Shown here: piece after piece, positions 18,516-28,470 of the stretch
How the letters are laid out: the number at the start of each line of letters is the position of its first letter
How positions within the stretch are numbered: position 1 is the first letter of the stretch
DNA from: an uncultured Candidatus Saccharibacteria bacterium
Lineage (GTDB): Bacteria; Patescibacteriota; Minisyncoccia; Phycocordibacterales; Phycocordibacteraceae
Direction: 5' to 3'
DNA: 64,000 bases
NCBI GenBank assembly: GCA_964398815.1
Contig: CAYNNZ010000003.1
Span: 6,676 to 70,675 of the forward strand
The notes under the pieces: model-generated
What the model saw: the letters and a program-made list of their open reading frames with translations, nothing else
What the model was told of the DNA's origin: nothing
Databases searched by the model: none
Translations under genes and position numbers: made by a program

Positions 18516-19699
18516 AAGCAATCTTTATAGGTTCAGACCCGTCCCTTTATAATCCGGAATCAAGCGCGTACGCGCGCATGAAGGAATACGCTGCTGCCAT
18601 CGGTACGCTGCGAATTATCATGCGTTCTGACGAAGCAGACTCCGTCCATGAGGATGGCGCACTCACCATTGAGGGAGTTCGTGCTGGCAGGCTCGAGAGC
18701 ATGCGCGTGCTTGCTGCACGAGCGAAGGAGCGCATTGGTACGGACGGCGTAGAGGTCGTGTCCGCACAGGATCCGTTCGAGCATGGCTGGGCTGCGATGA
18801 AGGCGGTCGAAGGAACGAATGCACGTCTCCATATACAGGTGCACACAGACTTCCTCTCACCTTGGTTCGTGCGTGGCGGCATCGCACGCTCGCCGCAGGT
18901 CCCTGTCCCGGTCAAGAATCGCGTACGCCAAGTAATCGCAGGTCGGGTGCTCCCGAAGGCGCATGGCATCCGCGTCGTTTCTGTGCGCATCAAGGACTCT
19001 CTCGTAAAGAAATACGGCACAAAAATCGTTGAACCCACCGTGCTCCCGATAGCGGTCGGTACTGTATTGCCCGGACCTGTCGAGCTACCCACGCATAATT
19101 TCCCCTTCGTGCTTGCAACGGTTGGGCGCCTCGAGCCAGAGAAACGCATCGAAGACATCATTGAAGCGCTCGCGAATGTAACCGAACGCTTCCCGGCAAT
19201 CGGCCTCATGATTATTGGAGAGGGGAGTGAGAAGGCGCGGCTCATGACGCTCGTCGTCGAGAAAGGACTGACGGGCAAAGTCATATTTACGGGAGACCGA
19301 CCGGATGCCTGGGGACTCATGCGAAGTGCTCAGGGCTACATCCAAGCAAGCGCCTATGAAGGGTATAGTCGTACGCTCGTGGAGGCTGCGCTCGCGCGTG
19401 TACCCATCATCACGAGCGACGTAGGAATTGTCGGCGAGGTATTTGCTGGCTATGAGGATGTTCTTGCGACGCCGCCCGGTGACCCGACGAATCTTGCGTA
19501 CCACATGATTGCGCTTCTAGAGGACCGTCCAGGAAATGAATTGCGCATTAGAAGCGCCGAGGCGAAAGCGCTTGCGCATACGAAGCAGTATGAAAACTTG
19601 CCGCAGCTGATTGCTGCAGACCTTGCGCGTCTGGTGTCCACACCTGAAATAAAAGAGGAGGGGCCCACGACAGCAAGTGCCGTGAGCCCCATGGGGTAG
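18512..19699 (+). CDS. Glycosyltransferase family 4
   Basis: …FVLATVGRLEPEKRIEDIIEA…YIQASAYEGYSRTLVEAALARVPIITSDVG (E-x7-E motif). Overlaps the upstream stop by 4 nt. Confidence 0.65.
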   Translation: MKAIFIGSDPSLYNPESSAYARMKEYAAAIGTLRIIMRSDEADSVHEDGALTIEGVRAGRLESMRVLAARAKERIGTDGVEVVSAQDPFEHGWAAMKAVEGTNARLHIQVHTDFLSPWFVRGGIARSPQVPVPVKNRVRQVIAGRVLPKAHGIRVVSVRIKDSLVKKYGTKIVEPTVLPIAVGTVLPGPVELPTHNFPFVLATVGRLEPEKRIEDIIEALANVTERFPAIGLMIIGEGSEKARLMTLVVEKGLTGKVIFTGDRPDAWGLMRSAQGYIQASAYEGYSRTLVEAALARVPIITSDVGIVGEVFAGYEDVLATPPGDPTNLAYHMIALLEDRPGNELRIRSAEAKALAHTKQYENLPQLIAADLARLVSTPEIKEEGPTTASAVSPMG

Positions 19700-19852
19700 G
19701 AAGGGCACATCAAGCCATATTTCAATCAAAGTCAAGTACGGCAACGTTTCTCGCAGAGAGCGAGTTATCACGAATATGGGGAGGCTTAACAGGGGCGTAT
19801 TTTGCGTGATACAGTCAACACATTCTTTATGGCAAGCACTGAAACAACGGCG

Positions 19853-20734
19853 ATGATAGATACCAAGTCTATTGCGGACGAACTCGTTATTGGGCTCATC
19901 GGGCAGGGGTATGTTGGGAAGAACTATGCAGATGACCTCGAAGATCGCGGCTATAGCATCGTCCGGTATGCGCTTGAAGAGCCGTACGCAGGCAACAAGG
20001 ATAAAATCGCAGACTGTGACATTGTCTTCATTGGCGTACCGACGCCAACCACCCCGGACGGGTTCGATGACTCGATTGTGCGCGCTGCTGTCGGGCTTGT
20101 CGGAGCAGGGAAAATTGCAGTAATCAAATCGACCGTTACTCCCGGAACCACGCTCTCTATTCAGGAACAGTATCCTGACCGCACCGTATTCTTCTCCCCG
20201 GAATTTCTTTCCGAGGCGACTGCGCGTCAGGATGTTTCTAATCCGTTCGTTTCGATTGTGGGAACGACAAAGCCGGGCGAACAGGAAAAGGAGGCGGAAC
20301 TCGTGCTCTCCGTGCTGCCGGAAGCTCCTTATAAGCGCATCATGACGTCTACTGAGGCGGAGATTTTCAAGTATGCGCATAACGTGAGCGGCTACGTGCA
20401 GATTATTTTCTTCAACATTCTCCATGACCTCGCGATATCGCTTGGTGCTTCTTGGGAGGAAATTGGAGCAGCAGTGAAAGCAGATCCTTTCATTAGCAGT
20501 CGATACTCTGACCCGATTCACAAGAGCGGTCGTGGCGCGGGCGGTCACTGCTTCATCAAGGATTTCGCTGCACTTCGCGAACTCTATTCGCGAACGGTTT
20601 CCGAGGACGCAGCCGGTATCGAATTTCTCGATGGTGCCGCTCGTAAGAATATTCACCTTCTGACTTCCACGAACAAGGACCTCGACCTGCTCGCAGGCGT
20701 GTATGGCGAGGACGTCATCAAAGCAAAGGCATGA
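19853..20734 (+). CDS. UDP-glucose/GDP-mannose dehydrogenase-family protein (short form), probable UDP-glucose 6-dehydrogenase
   Basis: N-terminal Rossmann LVIGLIGQGYVGKNYA, …IFIGVPTP…, and a catalytic Cys region GAGGHCFIKD. The start is ambiguous (ATGs at 19802/19829/19853). The gene sits immediately upstream of a UDP-glucuronate epimerase gene. Confidence 0.6.
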   Translation: MIDTKSIADELVIGLIGQGYVGKNYADDLEDRGYSIVRYALEEPYAGNKDKIADCDIVFIGVPTPTTPDGFDDSIVRAAVGLVGAGKIAVIKSTVTPGTTLSIQEQYPDRTVFFSPEFLSEATARQDVSNPFVSIVGTTKPGEQEKEAELVLSVLPEAPYKRIMTSTEAEIFKYAHNVSGYVQIIFFNILHDLAISLGASWEEIGAAVKADPFISSRYSDPIHKSGRGAGGHCFIKDFAALRELYSRTVSEDAAGIEFLDGAARKNIHLLTSTNKDLDLLAGVYGEDVIKAKA

Positions 20735-21720
20735 AAAAAGTACTCGTCACGGGCGTCGCAGGTTTCATAGGCTTTCATTTGGCTGAGCGACTCCTTGCTG
20801 ACGGATACACCGTCGTGGGCATCGATAACCTGAATGATTACTACGACGTACGCATCAAGGAGCGAAGACTCAAAATCCTAAAAGGATTTCCCAAGTTTTC
20901 GTTTAGGAAGCTCGACATTAGCGATTACGAAGCATTTGAGGAATTTTTGCGGAAGGAGAAGCCGAAGGACATAGTGCATCTCGCCGCACAGGCGGGTGTG
21001 CGCTATTCGCTCACGAACCCGTGGGCGTATGCGACCGCCAATTACGTCGGCACCTTGAACGTGTTTGAGGCCGCGAAGCGGCTTAAGTTTCCGCGCGTTA
21101 TTTACGCTTCTTCGAGCTCTGTCTACGGCACGAACAAGAAGAGTCCCTTCTCTGAGAGCGATCGCGTCGATACTCCTATGTCGCTCTATGCAGCTTCGAA
21201 GAAAGCAAATGAAGCGCTCGCGTACTCCTACCACCACCTCTACGGCATGGAGATGATTGGCCTCCGGTTCTTCACGGTCTATGGTCGGTGGGGAAGGCCC
21301 GACCTCGCGCTCTTCAAATTCGCGCGACGCATCCAGGCAGGAAAGCCCATCGATGTCTACAATCACGGGAAAATGAAACGCAGCTTCACGCACGTCAGCG
21401 ACATTACTGCGGCAATCGCGACCCTACTTACTCAAAAGCCGAGTGGCCGCTATAAGCTCTACAACCTCGGCGGTAGCGAAGTAGTATCTCTTCTCGGATT
21501 CGTTAAGTTGATTGAGAAGAATCTCGGTAAGAAGGCGAAGATTCGAATGCTTCCTATTCAGCCTGGCGATGTACCGGCTACGGTAGCGGACACGAGCGCC
21601 GCCAAGCGAGACCTCGGCTACGTTGCCAAGACGAAGGTGGAGGAGGGAATTGCCGACTTCATCGAATGGTTCCGTGAAGAACAGACATTCCTCGCTACGC
21701 TCGAGGAACCGAAGCAATAG
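20731..21720 (+). CDS. UDP-glucuronate 4-epimerase (NAD-dependent epimerase, Cap1J/WbnF-like)
   Basis: MKKVLVTGVAGFIGFHLAERLL…GIDNLNDYYD…YAASKKANE…FFTVYGRWGRPDLA is the typical UDP-GlcA epimerase signature. ATGA overlap with the upstream gene. Confidence 0.75.
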   Translation: MKKVLVTGVAGFIGFHLAERLLADGYTVVGIDNLNDYYDVRIKERRLKILKGFPKFSFRKLDISDYEAFEEFLRKEKPKDIVHLAAQAGVRYSLTNPWAYATANYVGTLNVFEAAKRLKFPRVIYASSSSVYGTNKKSPFSESDRVDTPMSLYAASKKANEALAYSYHHLYGMEMIGLRFFTVYGRWGRPDLALFKFARRIQAGKPIDVYNHGKMKRSFTHVSDITAAIATLLTQKPSGRYKLYNLGGSEVVSLLGFVKLIEKNLGKKAKIRMLPIQPGDVPATVADTSAAKRDLGYVAKTKVEEGIADFIEWFREEQTFLATLEEPKQ

Positions 21721-21722
21721 CC

Positions 21723-22115
21723 ATGCCTATTTTGCCTCCCGCTCTCGCGAAGGCAGTCCGGTACCTCATTTCCGGAGGGAGTGCTGCAGTCGTTAATCTC
21801 GGCTCGTTCGCAGTGATGACGAAAGTATTCGGCGTGTGGTACCTTGCCGCGTCAATCGCAGCATTTCTTCTTTCATTTGTGGTGAGCTTCGTCCTTCAGC
21901 GCTCATGGACATTCGAAGTACGCGGGACTACAGCACTCGTTGAGCACACCTCGCTCTATTTCATTGCAGCACTTGCGAATCTCGCGCTCAATACATTTAT
22001 TGTCTTCTTGCTCGTAGAATACGCAGGAAGCGGCTCATTGCTCGCGCAGTTCATTGCGGGAGTCATCGTGGCGTGCGAAAGCTTCTTCGTCTACCGCCTG
22101 ATTTTCAAAATATGA
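21723..22115 (+). CDS. GtrA-family polysaccharide synthesis membrane protein
   Basis: 130 aa with 4 TM; …YLISGGSAAVVNLGSFAVM…QRSWTFEV… matches the GtrA-like pattern. Confidence 0.7.
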   Translation: MPILPPALAKAVRYLISGGSAAVVNLGSFAVMTKVFGVWYLAASIAAFLLSFVVSFVLQRSWTFEVRGTTALVEHTSLYFIAALANLALNTFIVFLLVEYAGSGSLLAQFIAGVIVACESFFVYRLIFKI

Positions 22116-23137
22116 GACTACTGGTCGTCACCCAGGTGCTCGATGAGGAAGATCCGGTACTGGGATTCTTCTGCCGATGGGTGACGGAACTTGCGGACCG
22201 CGCGGAATCTATCGTCGTCGTCTGCCTGAAGGAAGGGAAGCATACGCTCCCGGAAAACGTAGCCGTGCACTCGTTAGGGAAGGAAGAAGGAGCGCAGCCC
22301 GCGTTCGTATACGCAGTCCGATTCAAGTATCTTGCCTGGAAATTACGCCGTCAGTACGATCGCGTGCTCGTTCACATGAATCAGGAGTATCTTCTTATCG
22401 CCGGACCTATGTGGAAGGTGCTCGGGAAGCCGGTGTATCTTTGGCGCAATCACTACGCGGGCTCGTTTCTCACCGATATCGCCGCCACGTTCGCGAAGAA
22501 TGTATTCTGTACCTCACGGCACTCCTACACCGCAAAATATCGTAAGACCATGCTGATGCCAGTCGGTGTTGATCTTGAGAATTTCCCGATAGGCACGAGT
22601 GAGCGACAGCCACGCTCTATTCTGTTCCTCGCTCGTATCGCTCCCTCAAAACGCGCAGATATGTTCATTGATGCGCTCGGTCGACTCATCGCACGAGGTA
22701 TCTCGTTTATTGCGTCGGTCTATGGGTCTCCGCTCCCTGAGGATGAGCGCTATTACGAAAGCATTAAGGCCCGTGCCGAAGATGCCGGGCTTCATTCTCG
22801 CGTCGCGTTCCATCCGGGCGTTACTCACCGCGAGGCCGCAGCGCTCTATCAGACACACGAGATATTCGTGAACTGTTCGCCCTCCGGAATGTTCGACAAG
22901 ACACTCTTCGAAGCAGCAGCGAGCGGCTGCCTCGTCATCGCCGCGAGCGATGACTTCCGCACGCTCGCAGGCCAGTCGGCGTACGCTGCCGATGATGAGA
23001 TGCTCGCTAAGGTGCTTGAAAAGAAGCTTGCGCTTTCCCCTGAGGAAAAAGAAATGCGCCGGAAGGAGTTGCGTGAACTCGCTGAGGACCATTCATTACC
23101 CGCGCTTGCAGACGCTCTTATAAGAGCGATACAGTAG
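22112..23137 (+). CDS. Glycosyltransferase family 4
   Basis: MRLLVVTQVLDEEDPVLGFF… N-terminus; C-terminal …NCSPSGMFDKTLFEAAASGCLVIAAS. ATGA overlap with gtrA. Confidence 0.6.
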   Translation: MRLLVVTQVLDEEDPVLGFFCRWVTELADRAESIVVVCLKEGKHTLPENVAVHSLGKEEGAQPAFVYAVRFKYLAWKLRRQYDRVLVHMNQEYLLIAGPMWKVLGKPVYLWRNHYAGSFLTDIAATFAKNVFCTSRHSYTAKYRKTMLMPVGVDLENFPIGTSERQPRSILFLARIAPSKRADMFIDALGRLIARGISFIASVYGSPLPEDERYYESIKARAEDAGLHSRVAFHPGVTHREAAALYQTHEIFVNCSPSGMFDKTLFEAAASGCLVIAASDDFRTLAGQSAYAADDEMLAKVLEKKLALSPEEKEMRRKELRELAEDHSLPALADALIRAIQ

Positions 23138-23141
23138 CCCT

Positions 23142-23921
23142 ATGCCTAAAGTCGTAGCAGTATCCGGCGGATTCGACCCCATTCATATCGGGCATGTTCG
23201 CCTTATGCAAGAAGCGAGCCAGCTGGGGGACGAGCTCGTAGTCATCATTAATAACGACAATTGGCTGCGTCACAAGAAAGGTTTCGTGTTCATGCCAGAG
23301 GCAGAGCGCGCAGAGCTTATTTCTCATTTTCCGTACGTTACGCGCGTTGTGCTCACTGATCATCCGGAGGTGATTACGGACCGGAGCGTGTGTAGCACGC
23401 TTCGCGAACTGCGCCCGGACGTGTTCGCCAACGGCGGCGATAGGGGTCCTGACGGTGACCCGGTGCCCGAGGTGCTTCTCTGTAACGAGCTTGGTATCGA
23501 GATGGTCTATAACGTCGGCTCAGGCGGCAAAGTACAGTCGTCTTCTTGGATGGTAGACAATTCCCTCGATAACAAGAGGACTTTCCAGAAGCCGTGGGGT
23601 AAATACATGAATCACGCGAGCGGTACCGGGTGGCACATGAAGACACTGCATCTCAATCCGGGTTCTCGTCTCTCGCTCCAGCGTCACCAGAAGCGAGAAG
23701 AACTCTGGGTACTGGTCGAAGGGGATGCAACCGCGTGTGTTGGGGAAGAAGTAGAAACCTGTGAGGACGTGCCACTCGTCCCAGGTGAACTCATGCGCAT
23801 TCCGAAGGGCCACATTCATCGCCTTTCCTCAGTCGGAGGCGCCACCGTAGTCGAGGTCATGCGGGGCGAATACGATGAGGAGGACATTGAACGCTTTGTA
23901 GACGACTATGGCCGAGCATAA
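23142..23921 (+). CDS. Fusion protein: HIGH-motif cytidylyl/adenylyltransferase-like domain plus a C-terminal type-II phosphomannose-isomerase-like cupin
   Basis: The N-terminus VVAVSGGFDPIHIGHVRLMQEA resembles RfaE-II/TagD-type nucleotidyltransferases. The C-terminus KPWGKYMNH…LHLNPGSRLSLQRHQKREELWVLVEGDA…IPKGHIHRL resembles the ManC C-terminal cupin. Confidence 0.5.
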   Translation: MPKVVAVSGGFDPIHIGHVRLMQEASQLGDELVVIINNDNWLRHKKGFVFMPEAERAELISHFPYVTRVVLTDHPEVITDRSVCSTLRELRPDVFANGGDRGPDGDPVPEVLLCNELGIEMVYNVGSGGKVQSSSWMVDNSLDNKRTFQKPWGKYMNHASGTGWHMKTLHLNPGSRLSLQRHQKREELWVLVEGDATACVGEEVETCEDVPLVPGELMRIPKGHIHRLSSVGGATVVEVMRGEYDEEDIERFVDDYGRA

Positions 23922-24549
23922 GAAAATCCCGCACACCAAGTCCATGCTCCGCCGCATTGAATATGCGACGCTCTCAGGCCTTTCTATAGATGGTTCCATA
24001 TTGGATGTGGGTGGCTCGACGAAATCTGGCTATCACGACCTCATCGGTGGGGAGCACACAATACTGACAGGGAATATTGATGAATCCTACGGATGCGACA
24101 TTCTCTTCGATGCGGAGGAAGCGTGGCCGGTCGAGAATGATACCTACTCAGCAGTGCTTCTCATAAATATTCTCGAACACCTCTATCGATACGAGCACGC
24201 GGTTGCAGAAACGCATCGTGTTCTCAAGAGTGGCGGGCGCGTTATCGGGGTGGTTCCATTCATGCTCAACATTCATGCCGCTCCGCGCGACTTCTTCCGT
24301 TACTCGCGCTACACGCTCGAACGCCTTCTTTCTGAGCAAGGATTCAGCGATATTAAAATAGTCGAGCTTGGCACCGGGCTTTTCTCGCTTTTGTATCAGA
24401 GCTCGATTACGCTCGTACCGCTTTTCCTCTCATCTCCGCTCATTGCGCTTGCGCGCACACTCGACGGCATGTTCGACAAGATAAAGCCAAACAGCGCACT
24501 CTCCCGCAAGTACATGCCGCTCGGCTACTACTTCGAGGCGACGAAATAA
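23908..24549 (+). CDS. Class I SAM-dependent methyltransferase
   Basis: Motif I ILDVGGSTKSGY; post-I acidic residue; …LKSGGRVIGVVPF… (Methyltransf_11-like). Confidence 0.55.
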   Translation: MAEHKKIPHTKSMLRRIEYATLSGLSIDGSILDVGGSTKSGYHDLIGGEHTILTGNIDESYGCDILFDAEEAWPVENDTYSAVLLINILEHLYRYEHAVAETHRVLKSGGRVIGVVPFMLNIHAAPRDFFRYSRYTLERLLSEQGFSDIKIVELGTGLFSLLYQSSITLVPLFLSSPLIALARTLDGMFDKIKPNSALSRKYMPLGYYFEATK

Positions 24550-24550
24550 C

Positions 24551-25639
24551 ATGACTCCGCTCAAGCTATATGTGTCGGAGGAGTATCGCGAACCGACGCT
24601 CTTTACCCATACCGAGCTCATGTTCCCGTTCTGGGGGGTTACCGCGAAGGAATCCATGCCGTATGTGCGAGCAGCGAACCAACAGTATCAATATTCGAAA
24701 GATGATTTTACGCTCGTGGACCGTATCGAAGACGCTGAGTACGTGCACGTCCCGTACAGCTACGAACGATTGAAGGCAGCAAACCCTGAGCGGCTCGCGC
24801 GGATTCTGGATGACGCTGCGCGGGCAGGGAAGATGCTCCTCATCGATGGCTCTGGTGATCTTGAATATCCCATCGATGTACCTAACTCTGTCGTGTTACG
24901 AGTGAGCCAATACCGATACCGTATCGCCGCGAATGATCTCACCGTCCCGTTTCCGGCCGAGGACCTGCTTGAAACGTACTATGGCGGCGAGTCGCAGCTT
25001 CGCGAAAAGCCTGAGGTTCCTTCTGTCGGTTTTACCGGCTGGGCTTCTATGACGCTCAAGAACCGCATCAAGACGGAACTCAAGGAACTTCCTATAACAT
25101 TCGCTGGGCTTGCGGACCCCAAGCGACGCGCTGAACGAAAGGGACTCTTTTATCGTGAACGTGCACTCAAGGCGCTTGGAGACACACGGGGAATCGAAAA
25201 TCACTTCACTGCACGCGCGACGTATTCCGGACACGTGAAGACAATTTCGGGCACGGTTGCTGACAATCGCCGTGAGTTCGTTGAGACGCTCGCAGCCTCC
25301 GATTATGCGCTCGCGGTGAAGGGCGACGCTAACTCCTCCGTCCGCTTTTATGAGGCACTCGCGATGGGACGCATCCCGCTCTTCCTTGATACTGCCTGTG
25401 TGCTGCCGCTTGAGCACATACTCAACTATCGCGACTTCTGCGTGTTCGTCGACTGGAGGGACACCGACCGAATAGGGGAGCGGCTGCTCGAATTCCATCG
25501 CGGGGTTTCCCCGGAACGGTTCAAAGAAATGCAGGTACAGGCACGTCAGGCATACCGCCAGTACCTGCGTATGGACTCATTCTCCTCGCAGCTGGCGGCC
25601 CAACTGCGTTCTCGGCTTCTGGGTGCGCAAGCAGGATAA
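24551..25639 (+). CDS. Exostosin-like (GT47-type) glycosyltransferase-family protein
   Basis: C-terminal …YALAVKGDANSSVRFYEALAMGRIPLFLDTACVLP matches the exostosin motif P-x-GD-x-SS-R-hF-EAL-GCIPV. Confidence 0.45.
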   Translation: MTPLKLYVSEEYREPTLFTHTELMFPFWGVTAKESMPYVRAANQQYQYSKDDFTLVDRIEDAEYVHVPYSYERLKAANPERLARILDDAARAGKMLLIDGSGDLEYPIDVPNSVVLRVSQYRYRIAANDLTVPFPAEDLLETYYGGESQLREKPEVPSVGFTGWASMTLKNRIKTELKELPITFAGLADPKRRAERKGLFYRERALKALGDTRGIENHFTARATYSGHVKTISGTVADNRREFVETLAASDYALAVKGDANSSVRFYEALAMGRIPLFLDTACVLPLEHILNYRDFCVFVDWRDTDRIGERLLEFHRGVSPERFKEMQVQARQAYRQYLRMDSFSSQLAAQLRSRLLGAQAG

Positions 25640-25659
25640 TCAAGATAGAATCTGCAGAT

Positions 25660-26937
25660 ATGGCTTCAATGAAAGATATCCAGCGGGAGGCGGTCGAGCC
25701 GCTGTGCCGGGCGCTCACCGAGTGCCGCATGTGCAAATCCAAGAATCTTGAGGAGTACCTCGACCTCGGCCAGACGCCGCCGGCTGATCAGTTTCGTACC
25801 CCTGAAGAACGTGATGTCCCGGAGATTTGGTATCCGCTCCGCGTTGCCGTATGCACCGATTGCGGGCTCTCGCAGCTTACCCATGTAGTAGATGCTCGCG
25901 TGCTCTACCAGTTCGATTATCCGTATGAGTCTTCGACCACCAAGACGGGGAAGCTGCATTGGGACGAATTTGCACAGGCGGTAGTCGCGCGACTTGGGCT
26001 CGCGAAAGAGTCGCTTGTCGTTGATATCGGCAGCAACGTAGGAACGTTACTTGAATCGTTTCGTGACACCGGCATGAACGTTGCGGGCATAGACCCGGCA
26101 CCGAATATTGTTGAAATCGCGAACGCGAACGGCGTCCCGACCATCTGCGATTTTTATGGAGCAGAGAGTGCCGGCGCCACGAAAGAAAGTCATGGGCCCG
26201 CTTCCGCAATCGTAGGGACCAATGTCTTTGCACATATAGACGACCTCGACGCCGTATTCACTGCTAATGAGGAGTTGCTTGCGGACGACGGTGTCTTTAT
26301 TTTCGAGTCTCCGTACTTCGGAAATCTCGTGAAGCATCTTGAGTACGACACGATTTATCACGAGCATCTTTCCTATCTATCGCTCGCTCCGGTCGCGAAG
26401 TTTGCAGAGCGGTTCGGGAGGGAGGTCTTCGCTGTCGAAGAGACGGATATACACGGAGGCTCGTTTCGCGTCTATATCGGGAAAAAAGGACAGCGTCCTG
26501 TAGATGAATCAGTCACACGCATGCTTGCTACCGAAGAGGAGACAGGCCTGAATCGCCTCGAGAACCTCAAAGAATTCGCAGGACGAGTTAGTGAAAACCG
26601 TCGTCAATTGATGGCACTTATCAGTAAGCTCGTAGCAGAGGGCAAGAAAATTGCCATCGTCTCGACCCCCGCAAAGGGCATGACCCTGCTGAACTACTGC
26701 GGCATCACGACCCAGCATGCCACCTTCGCAACCGAAAAGGCCCGCCTCAAGATTGGCCGGGTTACCCCTGGAGGGCGCATCCCTATCGTGCCTGATGAGG
26801 TTCTACTGACTGAGGCCCCGGATTACGCACTTCTCTTGGCGTGGAATTTTGCGAAGGAGATTATGGCGAACAATCAGGCATTCACTGACGCGGGAGGCAA
26901 ATTCATTATCCCTATCCCTGAACCCCGCATCGCATAA
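25660..26937 (+). CDS. NDP-hexose C-methyltransferase (TylCIII-like; Zn-ribbon plus Methyltransf_13/14)
   Basis: N-terminal C4 zinc ribbon (CRMCKSKNL…CTDCGLSQL); SAM motif VVDIGSNVGT; the C-terminal domain typical of sugar C3-methyltransferases. Confidence 0.6.
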   Translation: MASMKDIQREAVEPLCRALTECRMCKSKNLEEYLDLGQTPPADQFRTPEERDVPEIWYPLRVAVCTDCGLSQLTHVVDARVLYQFDYPYESSTTKTGKLHWDEFAQAVVARLGLAKESLVVDIGSNVGTLLESFRDTGMNVAGIDPAPNIVEIANANGVPTICDFYGAESAGATKESHGPASAIVGTNVFAHIDDLDAVFTANEELLADDGVFIFESPYFGNLVKHLEYDTIYHEHLSYLSLAPVAKFAERFGREVFAVEETDIHGGSFRVYIGKKGQRPVDESVTRMLATEEETGLNRLENLKEFAGRVSENRRQLMALISKLVAEGKKIAIVSTPAKGMTLLNYCGITTQHATFATEKARLKIGRVTPGGRIPIVPDEVLLTEAPDYALLLAWNFAKEIMANNQAFTDAGGKFIIPIPEPRIA

Positions 26938-26940
26938 CCT

Positions 26941-27327
26941 ATGGAAATAATCCACACAGAAGTTAATTTCGAGGACGGACGCGGAAAGATTCAAGACATT
27001 CTTACGCATGAGGTTCTGGATGCGGTGACGCTCATCACCTACACGAAGGGAGCAGTACGCGCGAACCATTACCATGAGCACAGCATTCAGTGGGATTACG
27101 TGATATCTGGCACGCTCGAATGTTATACGCAGGCAGGCCCAGACGGTGAAAAGGAGATGCAGATTATCGGCCCTGGCGACCTCGTGAAGCACCCAGTTAA
27201 CGAGCGTCATGCTCTCAAGGCGCTTGAAGACTGCGTCACGCTTTCGCTTACGCAGGGTCCTCGCCGCGGAAAAGACTATGAAAACGACGTTATTCGTCTC
27301 GGCGACGAAGAGAAGCTCGTAACCTAA
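26941..27327 (+). CDS. Cupin-fold NDP-4-keto-6-deoxyhexose 3,4-ketoisomerase-like protein (FdtA/QdtA/WxcM-like)
   Basis: 128-aa single cupin …ANHYHEHSIQWDYVISGTLE…; sits immediately upstream of a DegT aminotransferase. Confidence 0.5.
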   Translation: MEIIHTEVNFEDGRGKIQDILTHEVLDAVTLITYTKGAVRANHYHEHSIQWDYVISGTLECYTQAGPDGEKEMQIIGPGDLVKHPVNERHALKALEDCVTLSLTQGPRRGKDYENDVIRLGDEEKLVT

Positions 27328-27330
27328 GGT

Positions 27331-28455
27331 ATGCACGTACCTGTCGGTAAGCCCCTATTTGGCGACATCGAGAAAAAGCTCGTTAACGATGCACTCGATA
27401 AAGGAGAGATTTCCGGCTTCTTCGGTAATTACATTGGTGATTTCGAGCGGGCATTCGCGGAATTTTGCGGAACAAAAGATGCAGTAACGGTATCAAGTGG
27501 TACGACCGCCCTCCATCTTGCGCTCGATACGCTCGGAATCGGGGAGGGGGATGAGGTGCTGGTTTCTTCCTTCACTAATATGGCGACCTTCTTCGCCGTG
27601 CTGTATCAGGGTGCGGTACCTATCGCCATCGATTCGGAACCGAATACGCTCAACATGGACCCGGCACTACTTGAGGCGAAAATCACTCCTCGGACCAAGG
27701 CAATCATGGTCGTGCATATCTACGGCCAGCCGGCAGATATGGACCCGATTCTCGCTATCGCCAAGAAGCACAATCTGTATGTCATCGAGGATGCTGCAGA
27801 AGCGCATGGGGGAGAGTACAAGGGCCGCAAGACCGGCTCGATGGGCGATATCGGCTGCTTCAGCTTCTACGCGAACAAAATCATTACTACGGGAGAGGGA
27901 GGCATGCTCACCATGAATGACCCGGCGCTCGCAGAGCGCGCTCGCAATCTGAAGGCGCTTGCGTTCGGAAAAGAGAACAAGTTCATGCACGCGGATATTG
28001 GATATAACTACCGACTCACGAATATCCAGTCTGCAATAGGCTGCGCTCAAATGACGCGCATCGATGACATTCTTTCCCGCAAGGATGCGATGGCCGCCTA
28101 CTATAAGGAGCACTTGTCTGATATCGAAGGACTGCGTCTCCCGATTCAGTTACCCGAGACACGGAACGTGTGGTGGATGTATAACGTGCGTCTTGAGGGA
28201 CCACTCAAAGGCAGGCGCTCGGAATTCATGAGGGCGCTCAAGGAGAAGGGTGTTGAGAGCCGTGAGGATTTCATCCCGTTCAACGACCAGACCATTTTCA
28301 TCGAAAAAGGTCTCACGATGCCTGGCGAATGTCCGGTAGCGAGCGAGGCAGGTCGAGAAGGATTCTATATTCCAAGCGGCACGGATATCAGCGAGGAGGA
28401 GCAGGCGTATGTCTGTGAGGTAATGCACGAGGTCGCGGCCTCGTTCCGTGCGTAG
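27331..28455 (+). CDS. DegT/DnrJ/EryC1/StrS-family PLP-dependent sugar aminotransferase
   Basis: …VTVSSGTTALHLAL…DEVLVSSFTNMATF…SFYANKIITTGEGGML (the lysine in the YANK motif). Confidence 0.8.
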   Translation: MHVPVGKPLFGDIEKKLVNDALDKGEISGFFGNYIGDFERAFAEFCGTKDAVTVSSGTTALHLALDTLGIGEGDEVLVSSFTNMATFFAVLYQGAVPIAIDSEPNTLNMDPALLEAKITPRTKAIMVVHIYGQPADMDPILAIAKKHNLYVIEDAAEAHGGEYKGRKTGSMGDIGCFSFYANKIITTGEGGMLTMNDPALAERARNLKALAFGKENKFMHADIGYNYRLTNIQSAIGCAQMTRIDDILSRKDAMAAYYKEHLSDIEGLRLPIQLPETRNVWWMYNVRLEGPLKGRRSEFMRALKEKGVESREDFIPFNDQTIFIEKGLTMPGECPVASEAGREGFYIPSGTDISEEEQAYVCEVMHEVAASFRA

Positions 28456-28470
28456 TCGTATACTTTACCT

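Noticed and set aside
18547-19320. 257-aa minus-strand ORF
   Set aside because: Antisense to the GT4 gene 18512-19699; Ser/Thr/Pro/Arg low-complexity.
19517-20656. 379-aa ORF on the minus strand
   Set aside because: It lies entirely antisense to the UDP-glucose dehydrogenase-like gene (19853-20734), which has a clear Rossmann N-terminus and catalytic Cys motif. The minus-strand product has no recognisable features and odd, Cys/Arg-rich composition.
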